A stretch of 64,000 nucleotides of DNA from Nitrospirae bacterium MYbin3 (lineage in GTDB: Bacteria; Nitrospirota; Thermodesulfovibrionia; Thermodesulfovibrionales; Dissulfurispiraceae): positions 62,001-126,000 of the forward strand of contig PEAD01000002.1 in NCBI GenBank assembly GCA_002753335.1. The letters run 5' to 3'. Shown piece after piece: positions 60,848 through 64,000 of this stretch. Numbering within the stretch: the first letter of the stretch is position 1; each line of letters begins with the position of its first letter. The notes under the pieces were generated by a model. That model did not search any database, was not told the DNA's origin, and worked only from the letters and a program-made list of their open reading frames with translations. Position numbers and translations under genes: made by a program.

Positions 60848-61456
60848 ATGGTCAGAGTCAAAATCTGCGGCATAACCAATCTTGACGACGCGCTTGCTGC
60901 GATTGATTTCGGAGCCGATGCGCTCGGCTTTGTTCTTTACGAAAAAAGCCCGCGCTATATCAGTCCTGAAAAGGTTGGCGAGATTATAGCAAGCCTGCCT
61001 TCATTTGTAACCACGGTTGGAGTATTTGTGAATGAAGAGAGCACAAAGATACGGGCGATAATGGAATTTGCAGGTATAAACATTCCGCAGCTCCATGGCG
61101 ATGAATCGCCCGAAGCCTGCGCTCTATGGCATAGGGCTATAAAGGCATTCAGGGTACGAAATTTCACAGATCTTGAGGCGCTAAAAAAATATCGTGCATC
61201 AGCTTTTTTGCTTGATGCATACACACCCGACTCTTACGGCGGCACCGGACAGGTATTCAACTGGGACATCGCGGTCGAAGCAATTCGGTATGGCAAGATA
61301 ATATTGTCTGGTGGCCTTACTCCAGAAAACGTAGAGCAGGCCATAAAACGAGTTGTGCCATACGCGGTTGATGTAAGCAGCGGGGTTGAGGCTGAAAAAC
61401 GCAAAAAAGATTATAAGAAGCTTAAGGCGTTTATAAAAAAGGTTAAGGCTTTTTAG
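60848..61456 (+). CDS. trpF: Phosphoribosylanthranilate isomerase
   Basis: [30 protein letters not shown] and VDVSSGVE. Confidence 0.97.
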   Translation: MVRVKICGITNLDDALAAIDFGADALGFVLYEKSPRYISPEKVGEIIASLPSFVTTVGVFVNEESTKIRAIMEFAGINIPQLHGDESPEACALWHRAIKAFRVRNFTDLEALKKYRASAFLLDAYTPDSYGGTGQVFNWDIAVEAIRYGKIILSGGLTPENVEQAIKRVVPYAVDVSSGVEAEKRKKDYKKLKAFIKKVKAF

Positions 61457-61811
61457 AAGCAACGCGTATAACGGTTTTTACATTTCCTCTCGGGTTGAAA
61501 TCCCCTACAACCTCTAAAAATCTGGGCTTGAGCTGTTTCTCGAGTTCCGAAAATATTTTGTTTGTTATTTCTTCATGCGAAACGTGCTCATCGCGGAATG
61601 AGTTCAGATAAAGCTTAAGCGCCTTTAGCTCCACTATTTTTTTGTCCGGAACATATTTGATATTTATCACCGCAAAATCCGGATACCCGGAACGCGGGCA
61701 TAGACAGGTGAATTCCTGGAACGAAATATCAATTTCGTAATCCCTCTCAGGATTTGGGTTGTCCCAGATTTCGAGCTTTGCTTTTTTTATGTTCTTCTCG
61801 CCATATCGCAT
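61443..61811 (-). CDS. queF: PreQ1 synthase (7-cyano-7-deazaguanine reductase, type I)
   Basis: [23 protein letters not shown] and FNPRG; ATG at 61811. Confidence 0.94.
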   Translation of the reverse strand: MRYGEKNIKKAKLEIWDNPNPERDYEIDISFQEFTCLCPRSGYPDFAVINIKYVPDKKIVELKALKLYLNSFRDEHVSHEEITNKIFSELEKQLKPRFLEVVGDFNPRGNVKTVIRVASKKP

Positions 61812-61815
61812 ACAG

Positions 61816-62046
61816 TTAAAACGCAACCTTTTGTGATATGAGCTTTTTGTCAAAATTTATCGTGTATGACAATATTGTCTTGATGTCGATCTTTTTGGAA
61901 GCGTCAAGTATCTCTATGCCCACAAGTTTACCTGCTGAGGTCGTATCTAAATTAATACCTTCCGATGTCTCAACTAAGCCATCCGGCGTTTGGTTGCCCA
62001 TCTTTATATATACGGCGTCCAAATTTTTGTCATAATATACCTTCAT
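61816..62046 (-). CDS. DUF2283 domain protein
   Basis: [23 protein letters not shown] signature. Confidence 0.9.
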   Translation of the reverse strand: MKVYYDKNLDAVYIKMGNQTPDGLVETSEGINLDTTSAGKLVGIEILDASKKIDIKTILSYTINFDKKLISQKVAF

Positions 62047-62065
62047 TTTAGTTGGCTTGCTTTTC

Positions 62066-62305
62066 TTAACAGTTCACAGCAAAATCAAAAACTGGGACTT
62101 CAATAACCTTTACAGGTCTAAGCTCAAGTTTCGCAAATTTCAATAATTCCTCAACAACTGCTGGGGCATAAGTTTTTTCTCCGCAATTATTGCAAACTTC
62201 GGCCGGGACATGCTCGACAAAAAGATGCTTGTCGCCTTCTTCGTAGCTGAAGGTCACCAATTTTTCAGCTAAATTGCCTCCGCAAAAAACACATTTCATT
62301 TTCAA
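62066..62305 (-). CDS. YgiT/MqsA-type zinc-finger protein (no HTH)
   Basis: MKCVFCGG..VPAEVCNNCGE; GGAGG SD. Confidence 0.9.
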   Translation of the reverse strand: MKMKCVFCGGNLAEKLVTFSYEEGDKHLFVEHVPAEVCNNCGEKTYAPAVVEELLKFAKLELRPVKVIEVPVFDFAVNC

Positions 62306-62605
62306 TTACCTCCTACTTCTAAAATCAATCCATTCAGCCGAATCAGGCTCGTATACAGTAATAACCACAACTGATGGCGGCAACGAAAGCTGGACATGCA
62401 GATGCCTGCCACCGCTTGTTTTTCCATATAATAGACAGCTTGGAGAATATTTGTCATCAGGATACTCTTCAATAATCGTACCAAGCATAACAGCATTTTC
62501 GATTTCAGGGCGGTCAATAGACCTCTCAATCATCCTTTTTACTGCATGATCGGAAAATCGATATTGGCCATTTTTTATTTTATCCTGAATCCCGTCTATT
62601 GTCAT
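62306..62605 (-). CDS. DUF4258 domain protein (putative toxin)
   Basis: FSDHAVKRMIER, IIEEYPDD..PSCL..G, HV and ITVYEPD..W. Confidence 0.88.
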   Translation of the reverse strand: MTIDGIQDKIKNGQYRFSDHAVKRMIERSIDRPEIENAVMLGTIIEEYPDDKYSPSCLLYGKTSGGRHLHVQLSLPPSVVVITVYEPDSAEWIDFRSRR

Positions 62606-62701
62606 TAATTAAACCCAATAGCTTCTTTATTTGTAAGTCAACTAAATAGAACCGTCCCATTTATTTCTTATATTTATCATGTTAAAGAGAACCGTTATTT
62701 T

Positions 62702-64000
62702 TTACCTATCAATTATTGTGCAACTTGAAGCATTAACGACTGTTAACCCTATACAATTATTCCCGTCAGTATCCAACCCTTTTAGTCCTGCATCAGTATA
62801 AGAACAAGATGGAGTATCACTATCGCATCTTGGACTTGTTGAATAAAGTTTAAGGTCCTGTCCATTAGTAATAAGCTCTGTATTTGCAGTAATAGGATTA
62901 GGCGCGCAAGCGCCAGTGCCTAATCTGTAATAAGTATTTCCAGGTTGGGTGTTCCAAATACTTATTCGTGTACCAGAACAGTTTGCTGGCAAAAATGTCG
63001 CAATCACTGTACAGTTTGCGGTTATCGCGCTCGTTGTATAGGTGAATGCCGCCGTTCCATTTGCTGGAGATCCTCCGCAGGTGCCGCTCATAGTTGCTGT
63101 GAAAGTAGCATTGGGTGTTACCGTGATGCTTGCGGTTCCATTATAGTTGACTGTTTGGCTTGCTCCGATTGTGCCGCCGGTGCCTACACGTGAAGTAGTA
63201 ACCGTATATTGTCTTGTAGCGCTGCAACTAGCGGTAGTGCCGCCATTAGATCCGGTGCACTGCCATGTGTAAGTTGATGTATTAGGTGTTACTGATGTTG
63301 GGGTGCCTGCAGAGCACAAATTAGTTGGTGTTGAGGTGAACGAACTGCCATTGTCTGTGCCACATGTGCCGTTTACGGAGGTTGCTATGGCTGCTGAGCA
63401 ACTGCCAGTGTCTCCTGTAGAATTTGTTAGGTTTAAAGTATAAGTCCCGGGAGTAACAGCTCCATTGCACGAATAGCTGCCGTCGTTAACACTGGTAGCA
63501 TTGGCGCATGCAGTACCGGATGAAGGCGCTCCGGTAGCTGGCGACCATGATATGGCAACAGGACCGTTATTTGTTGTATAGCTAAATGTGGATGTTCCCC
63601 CCGCGGCTGGAACAGGCGTTCCACTTATTGTGCATGTTGGATTAGGTACAGCAAACGGGACATAATAGACAGTGTCTTTGATTCCTCCATCACTTTGCCC
63701 ACCAATAACATACAGATAACCATTATTCACCACACTTGTATGGTGCTCACGGAGCTGGCTTGTACTTGAATTGTCTTTTATCGATGTAGTTTCTTTCCAG
63801 GTTCCGATAGACCCGTCAGTATTTATAGGAGCATAATAAACTGTATCACGTCGTGGGCTCCATCCACCAATAACATACATATAACCGTTGTTCACTGCGC
63901 TTGTGTGAAGATAACGATTTTGGGTTGTACTTGAGTTGTCTTTTATCGATGTTGTTTCTTTCCAAGTTCCGATAGACCCGTCAGCATTTATAGGGGAGTA
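62702..64000 (-). CDS. 3' part of a large secreted Kelch-repeat / Cys-Thr-rich surface protein (5' end outside the window)
   Basis: Frame open to 64000; NNGY(L/M)YVIGG..W Kelch-like units, a Cys-rich module, an InlB-B-like repeat and a Cys-rich C-terminus. Confidence 0.85.
   Translation of the reverse strand, partial: YSPINADGSIGTWKETTSIKDNSSTTQNRYLHTSAVNNGYMYVIGGWSPRRDTVYYAPINTDGSIGTWKETTSIKDNSSTSQLREHHTSVVNNGYLYVIGGQSDGGIKDTVYYVPFAVPNPTCTISGTPVPAAGGTSTFSYTTNNGPVAISWSPATGAPSSGTACANATSVNDGSYSCNGAVTPGTYTLNLTNSTGDTGSCSAAIATSVNGTCGTDNGSSFTSTPTNLCSAGTPTSVTPNTSTYTWQCTGSNGGTTASCSATRQYTVTTSRVGTGGTIGASQTVNYNGTASITVTPNATFTATMSGTCGGSPANGTAAFTYTTSAITANCTVIATFLPANCSGTRISIWNTQPGNTYYRLGTGACAPNPITANTELITNGQDLKLYSTSPRCDSDTPSCSYTDAGLKGLDTDGNNCIGLTVVNASSCTIIDR
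63699..64000. repeat. Intragenic tandem direct repeat, 165-nt period (55-aa Kelch unit)
   Basis: CCACCAATAACATACA at 63699 and 63864; GTTCCGATAGACCCGTCAG at 63801 and 63966. Confidence 0.9.

Noticed and set aside
75..63624. Many antisense or alternative-frame ORFs in the track (e.g. 16308-16979, 49934-50545, 52548-53279)
   Set aside because: They shadow well-supported genes and show no recognisable motifs.
63699..64000. Repeat pair as a DGR template/variable region
   Set aside because: Mismatches involve all four bases rather than only adenines, both copies are in-frame coding units, and no reverse transcriptase is in the window.

Overview
Bacterial chromosomal window of moderate GC, densely coding and mostly core genes. 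Gene content and order suggest an anaerobic diderm, probably Nitrospirota (Thermodesulfovibrionia-like) or a deltaproteobacterium-like lineage; this is inference, not a database result. In order it holds: lysA-dapF-dapA; an HtrA protease; a divergent arginase-like/EamA pair; nfnAB; GT9; surE with an HD-GYP gene; pfk; tolQRAB; a soluble Aer2-type PAS chemoreceptor with ferredoxin and nth; a MacAB-like ABC exporter; tRNA-Phe; a CNT transporter; an MSHA/T2SS-like pilus cluster; yajC-secDF-recJ; an ArsR-TolC-MFP-RND-DUF2892-FeS operon; a Crp/Fnr regulator; trpB-trpA-accD-folC-lptD-truB-purB-PilZ; divergent trpB2-trpF; queF; a three-gene toxin-antitoxin-like module; and the 3' end of a Kelch/Cys-rich surface protein. 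I saw no CRISPR array, integrase, transposase or prophage. The main oddities, several invisible in the ORF track, are: (1) trpB has no canonical in-frame start, and an ATC sits behind a perfect GGAGG; (2) the secretin is cut by one in-frame TAA at the predicted gate-hairpin tip; (3) a PilZ gene is frameshifted at a G8 tract; (4) a PPi-clade PFK carries an ATP-type motif; (5) a three-Cys ArsR heads an RND/DUF2892/FeS operon that looks like an uncharacterised thiol/sulfur-responsive exporter; (6) several genes appear leaderless. Items 1-3 could each be a single-base sequencing or assembly error and need read-level checks.
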